A DNA stretch of 64,000 nucleotides, taken from an uncultured Erysipelotrichaceae bacterium. Its GTDB lineage: Bacteria; Bacillota_I; Bacilli_A; RFN20; CAG-826. The DNA lies in the NCBI GenBank assembly GCA_902797855.1, contig CADBUI010000027.1:42639-106638 (forward strand). The letters run 5' to 3'. The notes beneath the pieces were generated by a model. That model did no database searches. It was not told the origin of the DNA and saw only the letters and a program-made list of their open reading frames with translations. This document shows, piece by piece, positions 9,333 to 19,407 of this stretch (position 1 is its first letter; the number at the start of each line of letters is the position of its first letter). Made by a program: the position numbers and the translations under genes.

Positions 9333-10465
9333 TTTATATTCTCCAAAATATTTTTAAGTTCTTTCACAAATATATCCACTTCTTCTATTGTGTTAGATTC
9401 ACTAAAAGATACACGAAGTGTATTCTTCGCCAAGTTATCATCATTAGTGATAGCTTTAACAACATATGAAGGGGCTTCATATTTTGAGTGACAGGCTGAA
9501 ACACTAGAAACATATATCCCTAAATTAGATAAAGCTTCCACTACCACAGCGGACTTTTTAGGCAATGATACATTAAAGATATATGGCGAGCATTCTTCGC
9601 TAGAATTAATCACAATTCCATCAATCTTTTTTATTTCTTCTCTTAAGTGATTATTTAACTCATAAACATGCTTAAGAGCACTGTCTTTACGTTTATTAGC
9701 GATTTGAACTGCTTTAGTTAGACTAAGAGCGTCCGCTAAAGAGATAGTGCCACTACGATATCCGTCTTCTTGACCACCACCACTTAATAAGGGAAGGAAG
9801 GAGATATTTTTCTTATAGAAAAGCGCTCCACTATTTTTAAGTCCATTTATCTTATGAGATGAAACAACAAACATATCAATAGAAGAATAATCTAAATCTA
9901 GTTTAGTAATCGCTTGAGTAGTGTCCACTAAAAGTGAGCATTTTGGAAATAAGCGAATTAGCTCGCTAATTTCTTTAATTGGGTTAATACTTCCAATCTC
10001 GTTATTCACGGCCATAATCGCCACTAAAATGGTCTTATCAGTTAAACTAGACTTGAGTTCATCTAGTGAAATGACTCCTTTAGAGTTAACAGCTAGTCTA
10101 GTAACAGTGAAGCCAAATTCTTTTTCTAGTTGATTAATAGCTTCACTAACAGAAGGATGTTCAATGTTAGAGGTAATGATGTGTTTGCCTCTATTTTGAT
10201 ATTTTAAGGCGTAGCCTTTAATCGCTAAGTTAAGCCCTTCTGTGGATCCAGAAGTAAAAATAATTTTATGATCTTTAAGATTAAATTCTTTCAAAAGAAT
10301 ATTTCTAGCTTTCTCAAGTAGATTATGAGCTTCAATACCTAAATGATGAGTGCTACTAGGATTAGCGAAATATTCATTATTTACTTTAACGTTTAAAGCG
10401 ACAACTTCCTCATTAGGTTTAGTTGTCGCTGCGTTATCAAGATAAATATTATATTTATTATTCAT
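9329..10465 (-). CDS. cysteine desulfurase (NifS/IscS family)
   Basis: NIYLDNAATT N-terminus and PLP-lysine region SSHKINGLK. The start is taken at MNNKYN (10465), which overlaps the ezrA stop. The track ORF's first 29 aa are judged a spurious extension. Same nifZ-thiI adjacency as in Bacillus. Confidence 0.8.
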   Translation of the reverse strand: MNNKYNIYLDNAATTKPNEEVVALNVKVNNEYFANPSSTHHLGIEAHNLLEKARNILLKEFNLKDHKIIFTSGSTEGLNLAIKGYALKYQNRGKHIITSNIEHPSVSEAINQLEKEFGFTVTRLAVNSKGVISLDELKSSLTDKTILVAIMAVNNEIGSINPIKEISELIRLFPKCSLLVDTTQAITKLDLDYSSIDMFVVSSHKINGLKNSGALFYKKNISFLPLLSGGGQEDGYRSGTISLADALSLTKAVQIANKRKDSALKHVYELNNHLREEIKKIDGIVINSSEECSPYIFNVSLPKKSAVVVEALSNLGIYVSSVSACHSKYEAPSYVVKAITNDDNLAKNTLRVSFSESNTIEEVDIFVKELKNILENIK

Positions 10466-12221
10466 TTTCGGAATGAGAATGTAGTCTTTGTAAAACGTTT
10501 CCGGTTGAAACGTAGGCTTGTTCAAATTCACCATCTTCAAATAACATTTCAACTTGATTTAAGAGTTGGTTTACATCGTTGAAATCCGCTCTTGAACGGT
10601 TCGCATAAAGCGCTGCAGATTCTGCCATAATCATTAAGTGGTTATCTTGAGAAACTCCACCGTTTTCACCAAGGACTTCATCAGATAGAGTCTTTAGTTC
10701 ATTAACAAGTTCATTTACTTCATCAACTTTGATTGGGGAAGTAAATAATAATTTATGGATATCAACGAGAAGTTCGTAGATACGTTTAATTCTTTCATCG
10801 TATTTATTTTTGATGTTTTCAATCCCGATATCTCTAATTGTTTTCTCAGCTTCTTTTACTTTGTAATAGACTTCATGAATCAAAGTGAAGGCGTTTTGAG
10901 AATCGTTTTTAAGAGAAATAAGATACTTATTGAAGTTAGCCATATCTTCAACAATTGCGTCACTAGCTTCTTTAAGTTCGGTCATCTTACTAACAAGAAG
11001 ACTATATGGTTGCTTAGTTGCTGAATGGATGAATGTATCAAGCGCACGTTTAAGTCCACCTAAACGGTCGATATCTTCTTGGATAGCGTTAATTTTATCC
11101 TTGTGTTCTTGATTTATGACATAAACCTTTTCAACTTCAGGAATGTTATTGCATAGTTTAATGAATCTGCGTTCGATAATATTAACATTATGATAGATTT
11201 CATCATTGGCTTCTTCGAAGAGTTTACGAGCGTGTCTTTCATCTTCAAATCTCGCAAAGTATTCTTCAATACGAGAAACCATGTTATCGAGTTTATCCCC
11301 TACTCCACTTAGATTAAATTGTTTGATACGAGTAACTAAAACGTTGATTTCGTTTTTCATTTCCTTAATTGCGGCAGGAACTTTTAAATAATCAAGTGGA
11401 TAACGTTCTTCACACATGATTTCAAAGGAATTTTGAAGTGAAGCAATCTTATCTGGGACAACACTAATAACCATGGTGCAGAGTTTTGGAAGTTCACTTA
11501 AACCTGCAGAGCATTGCTTTAAAATTGAATCAATTTGAGGAAGAAGCGCTTTAGCATCATCATATTGAGCAGAAAGAATGAAATCATCAACTTGGGTGAA
11601 GAGTTCATCTAAATGTTCAAAGATAGCGTTAAATGATTCTTTAACAAGATCTAAATCAGCTTGTTTTGAATAATAATCATTCTTCACTCTACGAGTGTTT
11701 TCTTTTAAAGAATAGACAGCAGTCTTACATTCTTCTTCTGGTTTAATGATTTCGATAAGTTCATTGTTGAGTTGGTTAATATCTTTTTCATAGGTCGCTA
11801 AAATTTCTTTAGCTTCTAAGATAGATTCACCTAGTTGTTTATATTTCTTATCATCGAGGAGATCTTTTAAATGGTTGATAGTGTGTTGAGTTTTACTATC
11901 ACGTTTATCTCTAATTTCTTTGAATTTTTTGAGATATTTGGTGTGAATATCAACATATAAAAGATTGCTACGAGAAATGTTTTCAAGTCTTTGAATATAT
12001 TGAGCGTCTTGTCCGATTAAAAGAGAATGGAGATAGTTGAATCTATGGTCAATATCTTTGATATCTCTTTTCATCTTTGTACGAGAAAAGACGAATTTAA
12101 TTAATATAAAAATAATCACTCCGATAAGAAGGATTGCTGCAACAATAATTACAGGTACTATCCAACCATTATCGTTTGTGTTTCCGCTTGCTGGTTCTAC
12201 TTCACTTAATAACTTAATCAT
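10458..12221 (-). CDS. ezrA: septation ring formation regulator EzrA-like protein
   Basis: N-terminal TM anchor followed by ~520 aa of coiled coil. Conserved position next to rpsD and nifZ-thiI, as in B. subtilis. Confidence 0.65.
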   Translation of the reverse strand: MIKLLSEVEPASGNTNDNGWIVPVIIVAAILLIGVIIFILIKFVFSRTKMKRDIKDIDHRFNYLHSLLIGQDAQYIQRLENISRSNLLYVDIHTKYLKKFKEIRDKRDSKTQHTINHLKDLLDDKKYKQLGESILEAKEILATYEKDINQLNNELIEIIKPEEECKTAVYSLKENTRRVKNDYYSKQADLDLVKESFNAIFEHLDELFTQVDDFILSAQYDDAKALLPQIDSILKQCSAGLSELPKLCTMVISVVPDKIASLQNSFEIMCEERYPLDYLKVPAAIKEMKNEINVLVTRIKQFNLSGVGDKLDNMVSRIEEYFARFEDERHARKLFEEANDEIYHNVNIIERRFIKLCNNIPEVEKVYVINQEHKDKINAIQEDIDRLGGLKRALDTFIHSATKQPYSLLVSKMTELKEASDAIVEDMANFNKYLISLKNDSQNAFTLIHEVYYKVKEAEKTIRDIGIENIKNKYDERIKRIYELLVDIHKLLFTSPIKVDEVNELVNELKTLSDEVLGENGGVSQDNHLMIMAESAALYANRSRADFNDVNQLLNQVEMLFEDGEFEQAYVSTGNVLQRLHSHSENE

Positions 12222-12341
12222 AATCGTAAAAATAATATCATATTAGGCGGATTTGTTAATACAAAAATCATAAATAAGACACTATTTAGATATTTCAAAA
12301 CAGTCCCAAAAAATTCCTAATATAAATATTAGAGGATTTTG

Positions 12342-12370
12342 TTGACAAGGGCATAATACTTATATATTAT
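12342..12370 (+). promoter_or_regulatory. sigma-A promoter of rpsD
   Basis: TTGACA, 17-nt spacer, TATTAT. Confidence 0.55.
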
Positions 12371-12530
12371 ATTTCTTGCATTTACGCAGCATGTAAATAC
12401 AACTTGTCTAATGTCTAGAACGATTGTGAAAGAGTAGCCGCTGCTCAAAGGTGAAATTTATATCTAGAACATCCGGGGTTGGGATTTGCACCTCTTGCTT
12501 AATGCACTTAAGTGAAAGGAGACATATATC
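12371..12530 (+). promoter_or_regulatory. structured rpsD 5' leader (candidate S4 autoregulatory element)
   Basis: ~160-nt leader with hairpin cATTTACgcagcatGTAAATac and palindrome CACTTAAGTG immediately before RBS AAAGGAG. Confidence 0.35.
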
Positions 12531-13133
12531 ATGAGATATACTGGATCAGACTACAAACGTTCACGTCGTCTTGGTTTTTCCACTCTTGAAACAGGTAAAG
12601 AACTCCAAAAGAGAGCTTATGGTCCTGGTCAACACGGTGTTGATAGAAAGAAAAAACCATCAGAATACGGCAAACAATTGATCGAAAAACAAAAACTTCG
12701 TCAAATGTATGGCGTTAACGAAAGACAATTCAAACGTTTATTCAAACTCGCCAGTGCTTCTGATGAAGTTACTGGTATCGCTTTCTTCAGAATTCTTGAA
12801 TCTCGTTTAGACAACCTTGTCTTCCGTATGGGATTTGCAAGAACTAGACGCGCTGCTCGTCAACTCGTCAACCACGGACACATTACTGTCAATGGTAAGA
12901 AAGTCGATATTCCATCATACCTTTGCTCTGTCGGTGACAAAATCGCCCTCAAAGAAGGTCATGATCTCAAAGTGGTCAAAGATGCACTCAATGAAAAACC
13001 AGCTTCAGTTGGTTATGTCAAAGTTGATGCTGAAAAGCTCTCAGGTGAATTCGTCCGCGTCCCAGAACGTAACGAACTTCCAAAAGACATTAACGAAGCT
13101 CAAATCATTGAATACTACAACCGCTTACTGTAA
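12531..13133 (+). CDS. rpsD: 30S ribosomal protein S4
   Basis: MRYTGSDYKRSRRLGFS...; S4 domain. Confidence 0.9.
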   Translation: MRYTGSDYKRSRRLGFSTLETGKELQKRAYGPGQHGVDRKKKPSEYGKQLIEKQKLRQMYGVNERQFKRLFKLASASDEVTGIAFFRILESRLDNLVFRMGFARTRRAARQLVNHGHITVNGKKVDIPSYLCSVGDKIALKEGHDLKVVKDALNEKPASVGYVKVDAEKLSGEFVRVPERNELPKDINEAQIIEYYNRLL

Positions 13134-13149
13134 TTTTGAGCAAAAATTT

Positions 13150-13177
13150 GAGGAGAATTCGTTCTCCTCTTTTTTTG
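13150..13177 (+). terminator. rho-independent terminator after rpsD
   Basis: GAGGAGAA-ttcg-TTCTCCTC followed by TTTTTTT. Confidence 0.6.
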
Positions 13178-13185
13178 TCGCCAAG

Positions 13186-13214
13186 CAAAAGAAAAAGAGT
13201 TGCAAAGCAACTCT
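13186..13214 (-). terminator. terminator for the convergent minus-strand operon (…tyrS-lipoprotein)
   Basis: AGAGTTGC-aaa-GCAACTCT, followed on the minus strand by a TTTTTCTTTTG run. Confidence 0.5.
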
Positions 13215-13229
13215 ATTCTATAATTTTTA

Positions 13230-14012
13230 CTAGTTAATCTTTGGATAGACTACTTCAGGAACATCGAAATTATATGAATAATTCTCATATCTTTTTAGTG
13301 ATTCATCATCACCATAATATTCACTGGAATAGCTAATTACTTTTGCAGAGAAGATATCTATTTCATGGAGGTTATGAATAGGTTCAACTTTGCCAAAATA
13401 ATCTCCGGTTGTGTCATAGTTACCTTTATAGTGAACGGAAGTATTATCAAATGATGAGAATTGATAAGATACTGATATTTCATCACCTTCAATATACGAA
13501 ATAATTTCTTGAATCTTTTCTACTGAAGATAGTGAATCAGCAATAATTGATCCTTTTTCAATTGCGGCGTCTATTTCACCCCAGGCGACATTAAATTCTT
13601 CAAGGTTTGGATACTTTTCTTCCATTGAACTTCTTCCTGGCGCTGGGAGATATTCACCACCATTATCGCGGAAGACAGTATAAATGTTATATTCTGTGGA
13701 TGTCGTCCATCCATAAATCCAGTTTTCTCTAGCGATTACTTTACTACCATCGCTTGGATAGGCAATAACGTAGCTATAATAGAACATTTTACTCTTTGAG
13801 TAAATTGACTTGGTGACGACCTTGTTTGTGCCATCGAAAGACTCACCTTTTCTAACGAAATTTTCAACTGGATAATCGTCTACTTTAACTTCATGAAGAT
13901 AAGTGTTTAAACTTGTAGCGATTTCTTTTGCATAATCTTTAGAAATAAAAGTACCGTGACAAGCACTTAAAATTGGAAAGATTAAGATGGATGAAACAAT
14001 CTTTTTATTCAT
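13230..14012 (-). CDS. hypothetical lipoprotein
   Basis: Signal peptide plus lipobox ILSAC-HG. No recognisable catalytic motifs. Confidence 0.6.
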   Translation of the reverse strand: MNKKIVSSILIFPILSACHGTFISKDYAKEIATSLNTYLHEVKVDDYPVENFVRKGESFDGTNKVVTKSIYSKSKMFYYSYVIAYPSDGSKVIARENWIYGWTTSTEYNIYTVFRDNGGEYLPAPGRSSMEEKYPNLEEFNVAWGEIDAAIEKGSIIADSLSSVEKIQEIISYIEGDEISVSYQFSSFDNTSVHYKGNYDTTGDYFGKVEPIHNLHEIDIFSAKVISYSSEYYGDDESLKRYENYSYNFDVPEVVYPKIN

Positions 14013-14013
14013 A

Positions 14014-15264
14014 TTAGCTAAGTTTAATCAAATAATAATTCTTTTTACCTCTACGGAGGATGACAAATTCATTATATAAAGCATCATCTTTAGTGATGAC
14101 TTTGGTGAGATCACTCACTTTTTCTCCATTGATGGAGACCGCTCCATTTTTGATGAATTCACGAGCTTCCCTTTTACTTGATGCGCTCTTAAGATCAATT
14201 AAGACATCTTCGAGAAGTTTATCGGATGGAAGTTCCACTAAAGAGGAACCAAGTAGTTCAAGAATTGCTTCTTTTGATAATGATTTAAAATCACCACTAA
14301 AGAAGGTGTTTGCCATTCTTACAGCTTCATCAGCTTTTTCTTTTCCATGGATAATACTAACCACTTCATAAGCTAAAGCTTTTTGAGCAACTCTTTGTCC
14401 TAAATTAGCGAAGTGTTCAGCGTTAATCTTGTTGATTTCATCGATACTTTTAAAGGAAAATACCTTAAGGTATCTAGCAGCGTCTTCATCACCAACATTA
14501 ATGAAATATTGATAGAGTCTATATGGTGAACACATCTTTGGATCTAAATAAAGTGCGCCTTCTTCACTCTTACCAAATTTCTTACCATTTTGGTCAAGTA
14601 ATAGAGGAACGGTAAACACTCCAACATTAGCTTCTCCACCTTCAACTTTGCGGATGAGTTCAAGTCCACTGGTGAGGTTACCCCATTGGTCACCACCACC
14701 AATTTGCATTTTACATCCTTCATTTTGATAAAGTGTTAAGAAGTCAATTGATTGAAGAATTGTGTATGAAAATTCTGTAAATGAGATACCGTTTTGAAGT
14801 CTAGAAGCAACGATATCTTTATTAAGCATATAGTTAACTTGGAAATATTTTCCATAATCACGAAGGAAATCTAAAACATTGAGTTTAGAAATCCAATCGT
14901 AGTTATTAAGGATTTTACCTTTCTTTTCATCGCTTAAATCGATGAATCTTTCAAGTTGGCGTCTAATACAGTTGGTGTTTTCTTTTAAAGAATCTGCGTT
15001 AAGAAGATTTCTTTCTTTTGATTTTCCACTTGGATCACCAATCATACCTGTCGCTCCACCGACGATAGCGATAATCTTGTGACCTGCTTTTTGTAGTCTC
15101 ATAAGCATGCTAATCATAACGAAATTACCAACATGCATTGAGGACGCAGATGGGTCAAAACCACAATAAATTGTGGTTGGAGAGCTAAGAAGTTTACGAA
15201 CTTCTTCTTCGTTTGAGACGTCTTTAATTAGACCTCTAAACTTTAATTCATCAAATAAATCCAT
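14014..15264 (-). CDS. tyrS: tyrosyl-tRNA synthetase
   Basis: HIGH (SMHVGN) and KMSKS (KFGKSE) motifs plus C-terminal S4-like domain. Its RBS AAGGAG lies inside the 3' end of the upstream lacI-family gene (translational coupling, no T-box). Confidence 0.9.
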   Translation of the reverse strand: MDLFDELKFRGLIKDVSNEEEVRKLLSSPTTIYCGFDPSASSMHVGNFVMISMLMRLQKAGHKIIAIVGGATGMIGDPSGKSKERNLLNADSLKENTNCIRRQLERFIDLSDEKKGKILNNYDWISKLNVLDFLRDYGKYFQVNYMLNKDIVASRLQNGISFTEFSYTILQSIDFLTLYQNEGCKMQIGGGDQWGNLTSGLELIRKVEGGEANVGVFTVPLLLDQNGKKFGKSEEGALYLDPKMCSPYRLYQYFINVGDEDAARYLKVFSFKSIDEINKINAEHFANLGQRVAQKALAYEVVSIIHGKEKADEAVRMANTFFSGDFKSLSKEAILELLGSSLVELPSDKLLEDVLIDLKSASSKREAREFIKNGAVSINGEKVSDLTKVITKDDALYNEFVILRRGKKNYYLIKLS

Positions 15265-15269
15265 TCTTC

Positions 15270-16271
15270 TTACTCCTTTGTTGAATCTCTTTTAACGTAG
15301 GTTGATTCAAATTTATAAATCTTGGTGGAGAGTCTACCTTTTGCTAAATCAATAAGCATGTACATAGCTCTTTTACCAACTTCTTGCATATCAATATGTA
15401 ATCCAGTTAAGGTTGGACGAGTAATGTTAGCGTACTTAGTTGTGATAAGAGAGACTGTTTCAACATCTTCTGGAACACGAAGTCCGCTATCGGTAGCAGC
15501 GTTAACAACTGCTGCTGCGATAGAATCACGATAGCAGATGAAATAGCCTTTCTTATGTTCTTTAAAATATTCAATAAAGTCAGCGTATGTGCGATTATAC
15601 GAATCATCAACATTAAAAATACGATATTCTCTTTGACATTCATTACACACTCTAATGAAAGCTTTTTCAGTTCTTTCAAGGAGTCGTCCACAGTTATGAA
15701 CATGGAGGAAAACTGGTCTTTTATCTGGTTCATCTTGAATATGTTTTTCCACTAAATCGCGGAGGAGATGTTCATATCCAAAGATAATACAACCAGCTTT
15801 TTCGCTTTCAAGTTTGTTATTGATAACAATTGATGGAACTGAATAAGAATTAAGTTTCTTAATATCTTCTTCATCAAGTTCATCATCGAAGATGATTGCT
15901 CCATCAACGTGGCTAGTGATGACTTTTTCAAGCATTGCATTAGCGTCTTCTTTTGAATGGGAGGTAACAAATAAAGATAGATTATATCCTTTTTCTTTAG
16001 CTACTTCGGTAATACCGTTTAGCATATTGGAGATATATACATAGTTAGCGCTTGGAATGATAACTCCAATCGTTGTTGATCTATTAGTAGCAAGAGCTTG
16101 AGCAAGACCACTTGGCTTATATCCTAAGCGCTTAATTGTGTCTTCAACTCTTTTTCTAGTTGCTTCAGTAACGTTACCTTGATGGTTGATAACTCTACTT
16201 ACAGTCGCAAGAGAAACTCCACTTGCTTTAGCGACTTCATAAATCGTTACTCTATCTTTTAAATTGTCCAT
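15270..16271 (-). CDS. LacI-family transcriptional regulator
   Basis: HTH IYEVAKASGVSLATVSRVIN... plus periplasmic-binding-protein-like sensor domain. Start taken at MDNLKD (GGAGG 9 nt upstream). The track ORF's first 19 aa are rejected. Confidence 0.8.
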   Translation of the reverse strand: MDNLKDRVTIYEVAKASGVSLATVSRVINHQGNVTEATRKRVEDTIKRLGYKPSGLAQALATNRSTTIGVIIPSANYVYISNMLNGITEVAKEKGYNLSLFVTSHSKEDANAMLEKVITSHVDGAIIFDDELDEEDIKKLNSYSVPSIVINNKLESEKAGCIIFGYEHLLRDLVEKHIQDEPDKRPVFLHVHNCGRLLERTEKAFIRVCNECQREYRIFNVDDSYNRTYADFIEYFKEHKKGYFICYRDSIAAAVVNAATDSGLRVPEDVETVSLITTKYANITRPTLTGLHIDMQEVGKRAMYMLIDLAKGRLSTKIYKFESTYVKRDSTKE

Positions 16272-16340
16272 TTGAAAATACCTCCATTTGAAAGCGCATT
16301 CATTATAAATGAAAATATTTTCATACACAAGTTAAACTAT

Positions 16341-17444
16341 TTAGTAGATAGGATAACTTACTTTTACTAGTCTATTACTCTTAATATCTTTTCGACCTTC
16401 TTTAGCTTGGTCTACACCATCTAAAATAACAAGGTCACCAGTAAATCCAACCGTTTGGTTATTCACTAAAGAGGTACCCACTCCATAAGTATCAACTGGG
16501 ACATTTAGCTTCACCCATTCTTCAATCTTTTGATAGGTAAATCCACTACTAACGATAATCTTGACGTAGTCAAAACCATTTTTATCGAGTTCTTCTCTAA
16601 GAGCAAAGATAAGTTCTTTACAAACTCCATGAGGGTCAAATCCACTTGTATCTTTATCATCAAAATAATGGTCGATAAGAGATTTAGAAGTATCAACTCT
16701 AACTGCTCTAAGAGTTCTTCCTAAATGTTTAGCGAGAAGAAGCGAATCTCTCACAACATTATTGTTATAGTCAATTAAGGCTGTAACTTGTTCATTTGGG
16801 AAAGTTTTATGATACATATCAGCGGCTTTACAAATATCTCCACCACTAACTTGGATAAGAGCGTGAGGCATAGTGCCAACACCATGTCCACCCCACCAAT
16901 ATCCTTGTGCGTCTGTGGAGACTTTTCTAATACCTGCTACATATGTAGCATATCCATCACCAATTTGAGTGTTATATTCATCTTGGCGGTCTGCCATTGA
17001 GAAAACATCTTTACCTTTAAGTGCTTTCATAACGCGGTAAACGTTTGTAGCGACACTACTTCTTCTAGCTAAGATTCCATCAATCATTGATTCAAGGAAT
17101 CCGAAGTTTTCATATTTACCAGTTACTTTTAAAACTGGTTCGCCATTATTAACGATATCTCCATCGTTTAAGGCATATATTTCAAGTTCTTCTGGATGGA
17201 TAGCAAATTCATGAATTAAAGCGATAGCTTCGTCAAGTCCACAAAGCATTGCATCATCAGTTCTTTGGAAAAACTGCATAGTTACAATGTGGTTTGGACA
17301 ATTTTCTTTAACAATCTTGTTTGATTTTAAAAAGTAATTAGCAGCGAAAAATCCATCTTTAAGACGAGGATCAAATTTGAATGTCTTATTGGTTAGTCTT
17401 GAGATTTTGCCTGCTTCTTTAAGTTTGATTTCGAGTTCTTCCAT
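16341..17444 (-). CDS. nicotinate phosphoribosyltransferase family protein (type II PRTase)
   Basis: 367 aa. The N-terminal region (...NYFLKSN...TMQFFQRTDDAMLCGLDEAIALI) resembles the NAPRTase N-terminal domain. Assignment is by general resemblance only. Confidence 0.5.
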   Translation of the reverse strand: MEELEIKLKEAGKISRLTNKTFKFDPRLKDGFFAANYFLKSNKIVKENCPNHIVTMQFFQRTDDAMLCGLDEAIALIHEFAIHPEELEIYALNDGDIVNNGEPVLKVTGKYENFGFLESMIDGILARRSSVATNVYRVMKALKGKDVFSMADRQDEYNTQIGDGYATYVAGIRKVSTDAQGYWWGGHGVGTMPHALIQVSGGDICKAADMYHKTFPNEQVTALIDYNNNVVRDSLLLAKHLGRTLRAVRVDTSKSLIDHYFDDKDTSGFDPHGVCKELIFALREELDKNGFDYVKIIVSSGFTYQKIEEWVKLNVPVDTYGVGTSLVNNQTVGFTGDLVILDGVDQAKEGRKDIKSNRLVKVSYPIY

Positions 17445-17453
17445 TTTTTTACC

Positions 17454-18068
17454 TCATTTTCTAAGCACTATTCTATGAATAGGCTGATTTAGTTTTCTAA
17501 ATTTTGCTTCGTATTCACTCATCGCGTCACTTTCTTCAAAGTTATATGTAAATTCTGCTAGTTCGAGTTTGAATTTAGATTTTTCAATTTCTTCTAAAGA
17601 AAACTCAAAGAGTGAATCGTTATCGGATTTAAACACTAAAAGGGAATCTTTTTTAAGTAAACGATAATATTCATTTAAAAATGAAATATAAGTTAATCTT
17701 CTTTTAGCGTGTTTCTTTTTTGGCCAAGGATCAACAAAGTTAAGATAGAATTTATCAACTGATTCATCTTTTAAAGTTGAAAACAAAATAGCCGCGTCAT
17801 TTGGGAAACATTTAACGTTAGGAATTTTTTCATCAACAATCTTTTTAGAAAGCATCCCTGCGACTGTTTTAACTTTTTCGATAGCGATAAAAGCTACGCT
17901 AGGATTCTTTTTAGCCATTTCGATGATAAAATCACCTTTTCCACTTCCAACTTCGATATGTAGCTTCTTATCTTTAAAAAATTCATCATCAAAGTTAACT
18001 TTATCTATGATAACTTCTGGATGTTCATCAAGATAATCCACTGCCCATCTTTTGAATTTTGTTCTCAT
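17454..18068 (-). CDS. trmB: tRNA (guanine46-N7)-methyltransferase
   Basis: SAM motif EVGSGKGDFIIEMAKKNP; 204 aa. Confidence 0.85.
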   Translation of the reverse strand: MRTKFKRWAVDYLDEHPEVIIDKVNFDDEFFKDKKLHIEVGSGKGDFIIEMAKKNPSVAFIAIEKVKTVAGMLSKKIVDEKIPNVKCFPNDAAILFSTLKDESVDKFYLNFVDPWPKKKHAKRRLTYISFLNEYYRLLKKDSLLVFKSDNDSLFEFSLEEIEKSKFKLELAEFTYNFEESDAMSEYEAKFRKLNQPIHRIVLRK

Positions 18069-19405
18069 TATTTAAGTTTTCCTAAGTCATTTATTGCGTG
18101 AGCGTAGATTACACTTGCAAGTTCAAATTCCTTTAAAGGCATGAATTCATTTGGTTCATGCATTGTAGATATATCGTGAGGGAAAAGCGCTCCAAAGGCA
18201 ATAGTGTTCTTCGCGTGTTTAGCGTATGTACCACCACCTGTAGTTAATGGTGGAGTGTTATCCATCGTTTCTTTTCGATATGCATTTAGTAAAGTTTTAA
18301 CAAGTTTACTTTTTGGATCATATAGTAAAACTGGTGAAGGGTCTTTCGATGTCGACTTTGTAGAAAATACTTTATCGAAATTTTTAATAAAATCTTCAGG
18401 ATTAACTCCTTCTGGATGACGGAAATTAACTGTGAATTTTAGTTCACCATTTTCGTAGTCAATCATTCCGACACAATATGAAGTTTTACCAAGTAATTTG
18501 GTCTCAATTTTTCCATTAAAAGCTTCTCCATCAGTGCTCATAAGTTTTTCACCTATTAGAGAGAATTTTTCTATTTTATAGAAATCACCGATTGTTTTAA
18601 GAGCAATTAAAGCTGCGTTAACCCCAATTTCTGGAGTGGATCCATGCGCACTTTTACCATTAAAAATTACTCCCTCATCAGTGAGAGTATAACTAACTTT
18701 TTGCTCGTCTAAATAGGTAATAAATTTTTCATCTTTATCCATCTTAACTGTCACTTTATCGCAGACAGCATTTGAGGCTACTCCACCTTTAATAGATTTA
18801 ATCATTGGAGCGTCCACTTTAATAACTGGATAAAAATCGATGATACCTTTCTCACCATAAATAAGTGGAAAATCACTATCAGGAGTGAATCCATAATCTG
18901 GATATGGTTTATGAAGTTTATGGAAATAATAATCTAGACAAGATGAGCCTCTTTCTTCATCTCCTCCAACAACGATTTTAACTGTATAGTCTTTAAGTAA
19001 ACCATTATCTTTAAGAGCTTTTACTGCGTAAAATGCAGCGATGAGAGGTCCTTTATCATCACTTGTGCCTCTACCATAGATTTTCCCGTCTTTGATAATT
19101 GGGGAAAATGGAGGATTATCCCAGTTTCCACTTGCTGGCACGACATCTGCGTGAGCGTATATACCAATTAAGCGAGGACCACTACCGATAGTTAATTCAG
19201 TCGCATAACCATCACAATAGTCGACTTCAAAGCCAAAACGAAGGCCTAAATCAGCGACGAATTTTAAGGCATTATCAACGCCTTTACCAAAAGGCATTTC
19301 TTTAGTTTTAGTTGTTTCATCATAAACTGAATCGATACTAACTAGTCTAAGTAAGGCAAGGCGCATATCGTTAAAATATGGCTTCATAAGTGAATAATAA
19401 TTCAT
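18068..19405 (-). CDS. M20-family dipeptidase (PepV/Sapep-like)
   Basis: HADVVPA...GRGTSDDKGP metal-binding motifs of M20 peptidases. Confidence 0.8.
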   Translation of the reverse strand: MNYYSLMKPYFNDMRLALLRLVSIDSVYDETTKTKEMPFGKGVDNALKFVADLGLRFGFEVDYCDGYATELTIGSGPRLIGIYAHADVVPASGNWDNPPFSPIIKDGKIYGRGTSDDKGPLIAAFYAVKALKDNGLLKDYTVKIVVGGDEERGSSCLDYYFHKLHKPYPDYGFTPDSDFPLIYGEKGIIDFYPVIKVDAPMIKSIKGGVASNAVCDKVTVKMDKDEKFITYLDEQKVSYTLTDEGVIFNGKSAHGSTPEIGVNAALIALKTIGDFYKIEKFSLIGEKLMSTDGEAFNGKIETKLLGKTSYCVGMIDYENGELKFTVNFRHPEGVNPEDFIKNFDKVFSTKSTSKDPSPVLLYDPKSKLVKTLLNAYRKETMDNTPPLTTGGGTYAKHAKNTIAFGALFPHDISTMHEPNEFMPLKEFELASVIYAHAINDLGKLK

Positions 19406-19407
19406 AA

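Noticed and set aside
15264-15330. Looked for a T-box leader upstream of tyrS, and at 26273-26400 for the operon start
   Set aside because: The tyrS start is 5 nt from the upstream gene's stop, with its RBS inside that gene. No AGGGTGGNACCGCG-like motif is present in either region.
16272-16328. 19-codon N-terminal extension of the lacI-family ORF
   Set aside because: The HTH domain starts at MDNLKD, which has a GGAGG RBS. The extension has none.
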